A stretch of DNA of 64,000 bases, taken from NCBI RefSeq assembly GCF_036365525.1, contig NC_090412.1, forward strand, positions 16,901,923-16,965,922, in the 5' to 3' direction. The translations under genes and the position numbers were made by a program. This document shows, piece after piece, positions 13,067-23,564 of the stretch. The stretch comes from Heterodontus francisci. Lineage: Eukaryota. Each line of letters opens with the position of its first letter. Within the stretch, counting starts at the first letter, position 1. The notes beneath the pieces were generated by a model. The model had not been told where the DNA came from. It did no database searches and saw only the letters and a program-made list of their open reading frames with translations.

Positions 13067-13496
13067 GTGAAAATACACATGATTTGCAGTGACATATCCT
13101 ATGAAAATACAGGGCACCATACTGAACAATCAAAGGCAACATTAAATATATTTCCTTCATAAAATAGCATTCTGGAATACAGTACATGAATAATTTGAGA
13201 CATGACATGTGGTAGGTGTCGCAAGCTTGGAAGGAATAGATAACTTTGGGCCTAAGATTCCCAAAGCTCTCCACCACTGGGGTTTCCTCCTGTCATGTCT
13301 GTGTCTGTTATAGACTATTTGATAGAGATTGATCACTATGATTGGTCAACAACTCCATTATCATTGAATCATGCAACTACTAGGATGGTAGAAGGTGAAC
13401 TAGAAATTCCTGCATTCCTATAAAATTCTGCAATGTTATAAAATATACAATGGCCCTTATTATAATTCATTTATGCATGTCTTCCCAGATACCTGC

Positions 13497-13694
13497 CTGC
13501 AAATGCCTTTTCACTTCCTGTGAGAACAATGGCTCCAATTGTTGGGTCATCTTCAAACATGTCCAGTGCCTGACTTACTTCCTTCATCAATAAGTCACAT
13601 AGTGCGTTCAAAGCTTTCATCCGATTCAGCTGGATAAACCCTACATTCTTCTGCTCGCCCTTCTTTTCCACGAGTATATACTGATACTGGGCAC
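13497..13694 (-). CDS. ECHS1: ECHS1 exon 2 ([32 protein letters not shown]...TGSEKAFA), GC donor
   Basis: 198 nt; frame with exon 3 requires the donor G|GCAGGT. Confidence 0.92.
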
Positions 13695-14099
13695 CTTGAA
13701 ATGACATTGACAAAAGCAGCACATTAATAAATTACTTACATAATTGATAGCAAAAGATCTGAAGCTTTGTGGCAATCTTTAAATATTAATGCAATGGATT
13801 GAATCTTTCAAAAACATGACCTTCATAGAAGCTTTTTTCCTCTTTTCCCCATTCTACCTCTCCCTCTGTTTATTCCCCAGGAATGTTGATCGGCATACAC
13901 TGATAGAAGGCTATTCCTTCACAATCATCTACTTTACTGCCAGAGTATGGTGCAAATGGCTCTGTGCTAAATGTACCATGTTATGCATTTTTGAGCTATA
14001 AGGAGGAAATGGGACAGGCTCAAGGGGCTGAATGGCCTACTCCTGTTCCTATATTCCAAAAAGCTGCCAGGTTTGAACCCTGGCCTGTGTCACATTAGG

Positions 14100-14500
14100 A
14101 TTTTTGTTTTATTCAGTCACAGGATGTGGGCATCACTGGCAAGGCCAGCATTTATTGTCCATCCCTGATTGCCCTTAGTGTGGTGAGCCTCCTTATTGAA
14201 TACAGCTGAGTGACTTGCTAGGCTATTTCAGAGGGCAATTATGAGTCAACCACATTGCTGTGTCACACATAGTGCAGACCAAGTAAGGACAGCTGTTTTC
14301 ATTCACTAAAGGACATTAGTAAACAGATTTTTTTTAAGTCAATCTGATAATTTCAGGGTTCCAGATTTTATTTAATTAATTTAATTTAAATTGAACTTAA
14401 AATTCCACAGCTGCCATGGTGGGATTTGAACTCGTCTGTGGATCACTAGTCCAGGCCGCTGGGTTACGCCTCCAATAAAATAACCACTATGCTACCGTAC
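14100..14500 (-). mobile_element. tRNA-derived SINE with CR1-like tail (second family)
   Basis: Closely similar to 59690-60045; gggatttgaac is a reversed B box. Confidence 0.7.
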
Positions 14501-14761
14501 CCCATAGCTCACCTCAGCCAGGGTAGCGGTGGCAGTTTTACAACTTACTTCAGCACTCACAGGATATGAACGGAAGAAACATCAATCAGACAGGGTTCCC
14601 ACACTAGATCATTAACCAGCAATATTTACCAGAAAATGTGTGCCATTGGGCAAGGCAGAATCAGGCTTGGTTGTAATGCCCCATTGTCTAATAGTATTGT
14701 CTAGGCTTAAACATGAATAACCATTTGGGAACGATATACCTGTGGAACCAAACCTAGGTGT

Positions 14762-15700
14762 TGTCACAGTCCTGTAGTTTTTTTTTCTCTCCAGTGTGTC
14801 TTTAAGGCTGGAAAAGGAGTTGTATTGCTTTAAGAACCAGCAAGCCCCAGGAGTTAGAGAAAATGCATTTTGGTTGCCGTTGGATACAGCCATTTGGAGA
14901 CTGCGATTCAAAGAGTGCATTCTCGTTATCTTGGATACAGCCACTTGGATTGAGCATCAAGCAATACATTTGTTACAATTCAATTTTGAACTGGCTTTTT
15001 AGTTGAAGACTGTCTGTGCTAACAGAACACAGACAGACAGTTGCTGTTAGCACCTGAAAGAAGAGCTCTCTGCCATTTAAACTGAAAGAAGAGAATTTTG
15101 TCTGTTTAATTATCTCTCAAAATTCTAAAAATGTCAAGCCACAGCAGAGATCTCTGATAATTTAAACTGAAGGAAGGGAAGTTAGACTGTGACAATCTTT
15201 TATCCCTCACAAAATTCTAAAGCCAAATTGACTCATTTAAAAAGTGTTTGCAAGTGGTTAATTGTTGAAATTCGCTGAAGGAGGAAAGCATCACTTACTG
15301 CTAGAATTAGACTACAGACTGTTCAACTGTGGAAGAACCTTTTTTCCCCCCCCCCCATCGGACGGCTGTGAGGACTTCAAGCAACATTGGACCGTAAATT
15401 TGCAAGGACTCTAATTTTTTCTATTTTAAATTTTGTTCATATCTTCATAGTGTTTAAGAATTTAGTTTTTTTTAATTAAACAGTTAATTTGTTGATTTAA
15501 AGACACCTGGTTTGGTTAGCCTCATTCAGGGGTTAATAGATGGTACAAATTGGTTGGGTCTTTCTTTAATTTGGAAAGTTTAAAATGATCTTTTAGGCGA
15601 TCTGTGGAGGGACGGGATTGAATTAACAGTGCGTTCCTCCCCCACAGTCAGAATTGTATATTTTGATTGGGGGCTTTGACTGGAGCAGTCAGTCATAACA
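14762..15700. mobile_element. Solo LTR (939 bp)
   Basis: Begins TGT, ends ACA, flanked by 4-bp TSD GTGT (14758-14761 and 15701-15704). Confidence 0.7.
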
Positions 15701-17071
15701 GTGTGTAAGACAGAGTAAGGGCAGAAAACTGGGGGCTGGGGGAACAAGGGAAAAAAGTGGCATTAATGTTGCAGCTGGCAAGCACTGCTCCCACACCTTG
15801 ATAAGGTTACAAAAAGCATCAGGAAGATTGGCTTATGAAGCAGGATTTAGCTGGAGAAACTGAGAAGCAAATTACTAAATAGTTGGTCCAAAAGAAACTT
15901 TAGAATGAAATTAATTACGGGCACTGCACATGTACATTTAAAAAAAGTGTGACAAAGGTCCAATTTCTCCTACTGCAACAATTAATCATCTATCAAATCA
16001 ATCAACCCTACGTGGCTCAAAATGGTTCAATTTAGTTTTAAATTATTTGTATTTTCTGGTTTCACAACTGGGGCAGTGTCCACAGGCCCAACATATTATG
16101 GTTCAATCTTGAACTTGCATCTGACAACCCATTGGAATAAAGCCCTGATGTTGGCACTGCAGTCAAGTTTCATTGTGTCAGGCTACATCCATTAGCACAA
16201 AAAGTTAATAAAATTAGACTTTGACTCCCTTAGTTCTCATACAAATGGGCCAAAATTCTAGCTTTTTGTTACATGCAAAATAGAAACAAGACCTGCCAGG
16301 CACTCATTTGCCTGCTGTGTAGAGACTAAATCCCCTGGCCAACGTGAAGTAGGCAATAATGGTTGGATCCCTAGCTTAGGAGTGTTTCACTGTTGCACAA
16401 ACTGTCACCCTTCACTAACACATAATTACATCAATAATGGTTGCTCTCATCCCTAGATTCTGCAGAATCAAAACTAATGGCATTGCTCACAGGTAGCGTG
16501 GGGCTTAGTGAGTAGGGCTCTATCCATGTTGCTTCCACTAAGCTTACCCGAGTGCACAAGTGATACGAATTCTCCTTCAATGAGTCACATTTTAAAAGCA
16601 TGCACGAAACCTCCTGGGAACTTTTACACTTAGAGAAATGTTAAAACGTTATGAAGTCAACTCAAGACTCTTTCCCACCCCACCTCCTGACATTAAAATG
16701 AACTAGTTGTTAAACAGAATGGCACAGGTGTCCAAACACAAGCTGAACTTCCAAATCCCTGATCCCAGCAATGTACTTTCCCTATTTTAACTGGGGGGGG
16801 GCTCCTCCCTGAGCATCACACGCCAGAGATAACCGGCCTGATTTTAACTCTCTGCAGGTGGGTGGGTTTTGAATGAGTTAAAATCTGACCCAATGGTCTG
16901 AGACAGGTTGCTGTAAAAACACAACAGTCCTAGCTTCATGGAGAGGGGCAACCAAATAAAAAGTGTCTGTCACTTTTTTGAAGATGGGGAGGGGAGAGAA
17001 CGAGGGCTGCAGAAGGGCAACTTTATCAGCTAGTTTTCAACCTGCTTCAAAAAAATACATGAATGACACAT

Positions 17072-18942
17072 CAGCCCCCAGCGAATTAACATCCGTAGCA
17101 CTTAAAGCAGCCAGATGCACTGCACAAAGAACAGCCAGGCACTGTGCAAATAACCACTGGCAACACCTATACAGTCACATTCAGCTGGCCTCTGACACCA
17201 GAAACATCAGAGGAATGTATGATGGCATTAAGACAGCTTTTGGGCCAACCATCAAGAAGATCACCCCCCCCAAATCTAAATCAGGGGACACAATCACTGA
17301 CCAACACAAGCAAATGGACTGCTGGGTGGAGCACTACCTAGAACTGTACTCCAGGGAAAATGTTGTCACTGAGACTGCCCTCAATGCAGCCCAGTCTCTG
17401 CCAGTCATGGATGAGCTGGACGTACAGCCAACAAAATCGGAACTCAGTGATGCCATTAATTCTCTAGCCAGTGGAAAAGCCCCTGGGAAGGATGGCATTG
17501 TAGCTTTCGAGCAGAGAGATCCACCATTGACATGCTGTTCTCCCTTTGCCAGCTACAGGAGAAATGCCGTGAACAACAGATGCCCCTCTACGTTGCTTTC
17601 ATTGATCTCACCAAAGCGTTTGACCTCGTCAGCAGACATGGTCTGTTCAGACTACTAGAAAAGATCGGATGTCCACCAAAACTACTAAGTATCATCACCT
17701 CATTCCATGACAATATGAAAGGCACAATTCAACATGGCAGCGCCTCATCAGACCCCTTTCCTATCCTGAGTAGCGTGAAACACGGCAGTGTTCTCTCACC
17801 TACACTGTTTGGGATCTTCTTCTCACTGCTGCTCTCACAAGTCTTCAGAAGAAGGAATTTTCCTCCACACAAGAGCAGGTGGCAGGTTGTTCAACCTTGC
17901 CTGTCTAAGAGTGAAGACCAAAGTACGGAAAGTCTTCATCAGGGAACTCCTCTTTGCTGACGATGCTGCATTAACATTTCACATTGAAGAGTGTCTGCAG
18001 AGACTCATCGGCAGGATTGCGGCTGCCTGCAATGAATTTGGCCTAACCATCAGCCTCAAGAAAACGATCATGTGACAGGATGTCAGAAATGCTCCATCCA
18101 TCAATATCAGTGACCACACGCTGGAAGTGGTTCAAGAGTTCACCTACCTAGGCTCAACTATCACCAGTAACCTGTTTCTAGATGCAGAAATCAACAAGCG
18201 CATGGGCAAAGCTTCCACTGCTATGTCCAGACTGGCCAAGAGTGTGGGAAAATGGCGCACTGACACAGAACACAAAAGTCCGAGTGTATCAAGCCTGTGT
18301 CCTCAGTACCTTGCTCTATGGCAGCGAGGCCTGGACAACGTATATCAGCCAAGAGCGACGTCTCAATTCATTCCATCTTCGCTGCTTCCGGAGAATCCTT
18401 GGCATCAGGTGGCAGGACCGTATCTCCAACACAGAAGTCCTTGAGGCGGCCAACATTCCCAGCATATACACCCTACTGAGCCAGCGGCACTTGAAATGGC
18501 TTGGCTATGTGAGCCACATGGAAGATGGCAGGATCCCCAAAGACACATTGTACAGCGAGCTCGTCACTGGTATCAGACCCAGCGGCCGTCCATGTCTCTG
18601 CTTTAAAGATGTCTGCAAACGCGACATGAAGTCCTGTGACATTGATCACAAGTCGTGGGAGTCAGTTGCCAGTGATCGCCAGAGCTGGCAGGCAGCCATA
18701 AAGGCGGGGCTAAAGTGTGGCGAGTTGAAGAGACTTAGTAGTTGGCAGGAAAAAAGCCAGAAGCACAAGGGGAGAGCCAACTTTGTAACAGCCCCGACAA
18801 CCAATTTTATCTGCAGCACCTGTGGAAGAGTCTGTCACTCTAGAATTGGCCTTTATAGCCACTCCAGGCGCTGCTCCACAAACCACTGACCACCTCCAGG
18901 CGCTTACCCATTGTCTCTCGAGACAAGGAGGCCAAAGAAGAG
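17072..18942 (+). mobile_element. RTE-clade LINE, 5'-truncated, frameshifted and internally deleted
   Basis: RT motifs AFIDLTKAFD, LLFADDAAL, FTYLGS; C-terminal CSTCGRVCHSRIGLYSH zinc finger; ORF broken across several frames. Confidence 0.93.
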
Positions 18943-19114
18943 ATGATCCGGGGGGAGTTCACGGCAAACTCACGCAAAGCAATTTTGCATGGCAGGCTTC
19001 ATTTAAGACATTACTCCGGAATCATTCAGTTGCAGACAGGGTCGGCGGTGTATTTACATCGTAAGCTGCTGCTCCACGCTCTGCAGCTTTCCAAGGTCAC
19101 CCACTCTACAAGCA

Positions 19115-19473
19115 TAAAAGCAAAATACTGCGGATGCTGGAAATCTGAAACAAAAACAAGAAATGCTGGATTCACTCAGCAGGTCTGGCAGCATCTGTGG
19201 AAAGAGAAGCAGAGTTAACGTTTCGGGTCAGTGACCCTTCTTCGGAACTGACAAATATTAGAAAAGTCACAGATTATAAACAAGTGAGGTGGGGGTTGGG
19301 CAAGAGATAAAATAGAAAGCAATGAAGGTGAACAAGGTAAAAGAGACAAACGAAAATCCCGTCGGAGAGAAGAGCAGAACTTCTTCAAGGTAGGCATTCC
19401 TGGAAGAGAAGTGGCAGTGAATTAAACACTAAAATAAAAGCAAAATACTGCGGATGCTGGAAATCTGAAACAA
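19115..19473 (-). mobile_element. Non-autonomous Penelope-like mini-element with terminal direct repeat
   Basis: 12-bp TSD actctacaagca (19103-19114, 19474-19485); 39-bp repeat at both ends; shares 3' region with the GIY-YIG-bearing copy at 34069. Confidence 0.8.
19213..19249 (-). ncRNA. Minimal hammerhead-ribozyme-like motif (variant core CCGAAGA)
   Basis: agtt-CCGAAGA-a-gggtca/c/tgaccc-GAAA-CGTT-aact. Confidence 0.5.
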
Positions 19474-19608
19474 ACTCTACAAGCAGTTTGCATTCACCGT
19501 CCCTATGCAATGCACAAGGCCCCGAGCAGTCTGACCTCGAGTTGCTTTTTATGTTTGCAAAGCTAAGAACGTTTTTTCCCCCCGAGGAAGGGACGATGCA
19601 CAGCTTAC

Positions 19609-19711
19609 CTGCGCTGTACAGTCTGGCTGCATTGAACATGCAAGGCAGGGATTTGGAGGCATAGAGAGAAGACACAGCAGCTCTACACAAAAAAGACATT
19701 CTTGATTGCAT
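19609..19711 (-). CDS. ECHS1: ECHS1 exon 1 (mitochondrial presequence MQSRMSFLCRAAVSSLYASKSLPCMFNAARLYSA)
   Basis: Arg/Ser/Ala-rich with no acidic residues; AG|GTAAGC donor, phase 1 matches exon 2; alternative start ATG at 19699. Confidence 0.85.
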
Positions 19712-19742
19712 TTCATTGGGCTCTGTCTCCAGAACCTGAGAG

Positions 19743-19752
19743 TATCGCGAGA
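19743..19752. promoter_or_regulatory. TATCGCGAGA (BANP/ZBTB33-type CGCG element) in the putative ECHS1 promoter
   Basis: Matches TMTCGCGAKA, ~30 nt upstream of the ATG in a small CpG-rich patch. Confidence 0.5.
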
Positions 19753-20589
19753 GGCCGCTCAGCGCCCTCCCCGGGAGCTGTCAATCTCCTAATCTGGGCC
19801 TCCCCTACATCAATGATTGACATTTGTCGCAGATTAATTAAAAACCTGCAACCGATTCACTTCTCCCTGCTGGAACCGTGATCTTCGGGTTAATAATCCT
19901 GCATTCTTTACACTAATTAATTGCAAGAGCCATAACTTCAACAGCAAAAAATATATCCAACAAAACAATTTAATAGCAACTTTAGCATTCTATGTGGGCT
20001 CTCAATTCTGTAACAATGCACTTTAAAAACAATTTATATATTGATAATCTCACTGAAATGCAACTGTTTCCCAACACTGCTAACAATGTCCTGATCAAGT
20101 ACACACCGAAATGTCACAGCCTGTCTTTTTATTGACTCCTACTGTGCATTTCAAGCACCGAGTATTTTTTTATTTTTGGTTTCCAACATTTGTAGAATTT
20201 CCCTTCTTATTTTACTGGAGAGAGTGACCTGGAGTGGGGCGTTTCAAAGGACTGCTTTTTTTTTTACGTTCAATTACCTATTTCTGTTTTTGGGGAGGGG
20301 AAATGAACCTCGTCATTTTCCTTCTGAAGTCACACGCTGCATGTCACCATGTATTTGTAACCAAGTGGAAAACGTTCATAGTTAAAATGAAGCTGGCGCC
20401 GCTATAAAAATGGCATTTTTACAGCAACGAAGAGGATTTGGAACTGAACTGCTTTTGAATTGACCAATACAGTCCAGTGCGAACACTGCTGTTCTGGTAG
20501 CTAGAAGTGTCTGTGCTGCAGCAAAACAGTCTTAATGTATTTACCAGTTTAATGTTTTAAAGCAGCAGAGTTGATCGTATCATCTATTT

Positions 20590-20900
20590 GCATTGAATTT
20601 ACAGCACAGAACCAGGCCATTTGGCCCAACTGCAGTGTGCTGCACATAAACCTCCATCCACCATACTTCATCTCACTCTAACTGCATATCCTTCTATTCC
20701 TTGCTGTTTATCTAGTGTCCCCTTAAATTCATCTATGCTACTCGCCTCAATTACTCCATGTGGTAGCAAGTTCCACATTCTAACCGGCTCTCTTGATAAA
20801 GAAGTTTCTCCTGAATACCCTGCTGCATTTTATTACAGACTACCTTATATTTATAGCTCCTAGTTCTGGACTGTCCCACAAGTAGAAACATCTCTCTATA
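20590..20900 (-). mobile_element. CR1 LINE 3' fragment
   Basis: acagcacagaaccaggccatttggccc...ccatgtggtagcaagttccacattc. Confidence 0.65.
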
Positions 20901-21321
20901 TTTTTGTTCCTAAAATATTTGGTGGGCATTTGTTTTGTTAAAAAAAATCTGACTGCCATGTGATCTGAAATTTATCCAAGTACAGTAACACTGCCAGAAT
21001 TCCTGTAAATCTCAGATCAGCACCTGGAACCACATGACAGTGCTGAACTTCCTGTCCCCCGATATTTGACAGAGGGGGTGTTGCAGTGCTGCAAACTGAG
21101 CTGTTGGATTGGCTGTTCTGGTAGCCTGTGCACAAATAGAGAATTAGGGAGCAGTGTCCGGCCTTGGAGGTTTTTGCAGTGAGGGTGCTTGCTTGAGAGC
21201 ATTGTTGGAGCCTTAGTAGGAGTTTCGCTTTTGGATGTCTATGGTGAGTTTCTTTTACTTGTGCCAGCTCCTGTATTTTTACCTACTGTTAAGAACGACG
21301 CCCGATTGAATTCCTACCTTT

Positions 21322-21540
21322 GGGCCCCCTTCTTCAACAAGGAGAGACTGGTTTTATTTCTGCAAGAGGCTGAAAGGAGGAGGAAAGCTCTACATCCATC
21401 ATCCGAGAGGAAGGTAAATAAAACACAGGGCAGGAAGTTTTGGCAGGAGGTGACCGTGGTCATCAAAGTGGCAACTATTATATAAAGGACATGGCTTCGT
21501 TCCTGGAAAAAGATCAACAATCTGACCAGAAGAGACAAGG
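21322..21540 (+). pseudogene. Degenerate Myb/SANT-like DNA-binding domain of a PIF/Harbinger transposon
   Basis: APFFNKERLVLFLQEAERRRKALHP...RKFWQEVTVVIKVATII*RTWLRSWKKINNLTRRDK, with one in-frame stop. Confidence 0.6.
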
Positions 21541-23310
21541 CAGGAATTAATCTCTACTGCCTCTTCATCCAAGCACCTTCATTAACACCTATTGCCATTT
21601 TGAAAGCTCCACAGTCACAAATCCCCCAATACATTTCGCTGAGAGCAGTACCACAAAATGCCCACAACATGACAGCCCTATTAGGATTATAAATACAATC
21701 ACTCACCTTCCTCTGCTTACATGCATGGCTTTAGTACTGGGAAATTGGAGGGTAGGGAAATGTTTTGGCTCCAAGTGTCTTCACTCTAAAGGATTTAATG
21801 TTGTTCTGACTGCAGGCCAATGCAGCCCTCTGTTGCAGACAATTCCTGATGCATGGAAATGTTCTGGTACTGTGACTCCAGGCCTTCCTGAACCACCTCC
21901 CTGGAAAACCTCAGCTTGGGGATGCACTGTTCCTCTGACTACAGGTTCACCCATGCCTTGTGGGAGCTGTAGATCCATTTACAGAAATATGGATGAACCT
22001 GGCACCTCACTGAGTGGGGCCTCCTTAAAAATCGCCAAAAACCATCGCGCTGTATTCTTCATTAACAATTTACCTAAATCTCTAGAGTTACATAACTAAT
22101 ATGGATAATCTTACTGTGTTCCATACAGTAACGTAGCTAGATTACAGCACTCAATATGACTCCAAGAGCCACTTGACCTTGGGAAAATGAAGTTCAGGTC
22201 ACCATTGACATTATTTGGATCTCATTGGATTTAAATAGAACTCACAGATGCCAAAAATATCAGGTACTAAATTTGGGAACAGGAACAATTTAGGCAAAGC
22301 TATTGGGGTGCTAAGTGGAGATGGTGGGATAGCAGCCAATTTTCTTTTAAGTTACACTCAAAATATGAGTCTAAACTCAGAAAATTCCATACTGTGGACT
22401 TGGGAAGAAGTGGGACTCAATGCACCAAAAGATCCTTTCTCATTCCGTAATTTCTTACCTATCTGATAGATAATAGATCTAACAAAAATAAATGGGCACA
22501 TATTTTCACATAGGTGCATGTACACATCAGAAAGTTGAGAGGTTAGACATGAGAGCAAACACACAAAGCTAGGGTTATTTCTCTGTCTCCCCTTCTCTGC
22601 TTTGGATGTTGGTTGGCAAGGGAACCATATGCAGTGAGTTCCCTGAAAGTCCTTTCACAGTAGATAGCTACAATCTTCATGCTGAATCTTGTGTGCAACA
22701 TATTTTGCTGTTGTGCCATTGAGAACTGGGAAGGTCCCTCTGTTGGGCCAACCAGGCCTGGTCTTCATGGGCTGGAGGGAGGAGACGTCACTCTTCACCA
22801 GGAGCAGTAGTGGCTCTCCATTTGTTTAAGCCACCAGTCAAAGTGGTTTGGGCAGCAGCAATTGAAAGCAGCCACAGGTGACAGTCGGATGCAGTGTGGA
22901 GACCAACGTCAAGGGTGAGACTGCACAAGGATGAATGGTGCCAGTGCTATACCAACATGCAGGCACTCCGTGGGATGGTAAAGAACTGACATTTAAAAAA
23001 ATTGGAGCTCTGAATTCAGGATAGAAGCAAGAAGATTGATCCAATTATACAAAAGGAAGAGAGTAAACAATAGACAAAAACAAAGAAAAAAAATGAAATT
23101 CATAAGATAGAATCAGGCAGTACAATGAAATCTGTATGTGTATTTCAGTCAGTCCTTTAAGATATTGAAGATTAAAATGTTAAGAGATTTCCTTTTCAGT
23201 GAGGAGATGCTTCTTTTGGTAACTGTAACTAGGGGACATGTAGCAGGTCTCTGCTTCAAAGCTCCTCCCACCGTTTTTAGGTTTGATTTTTTTTTTCTTC
23301 TTGCCTGTAG

Positions 23311-23564
23311 GTTTTTGCGAGTTCATTTGAAGCTGTTTCATTTATAGTCCGGTCTGAATTCTCCGTTGTAAACTCGGTGACATTACAGGCGACGATTTTA
23401 TTTTCGGTCTGTCTCTGGTTTCAATCATAATCCGATTGGAGTTTGAAGGTGTTTACAAGGAGAGCGACACAGCCGAGTAAAGCGAGCAGGCAAAGGACTC
23501 TCTCTTCTGCGCCATTTACTGCAGACCAGCACTGCAACCACAATCATTCTGAACTCTGCCAGAC
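23311..23564 (+). other. Candidate non-coding 5' exon of SPRN
   Basis: Strong pyrimidine tract + TAG at 23310, AC|GTGAGT donor at 23565, local CpG enrichment. Confidence 0.4.

Noticed and set aside
16835-16891. Short inverted repeat gattttaactc...gagttaaaatc
   Set aside because: Probably a tiny MITE remnant; no TSD and too short to call
16963-18889. Several RT-like ORFs as a host or domesticated gene
   Set aside because: Frameshifted, internally deleted RTE LINE
21017-21047. REST/RE1-like half sites (tcagcacc...gacagtgct) upstream of neural SPRN
   Set aside because: Non-canonical spacing, weak right half, and inside probable transposon relic
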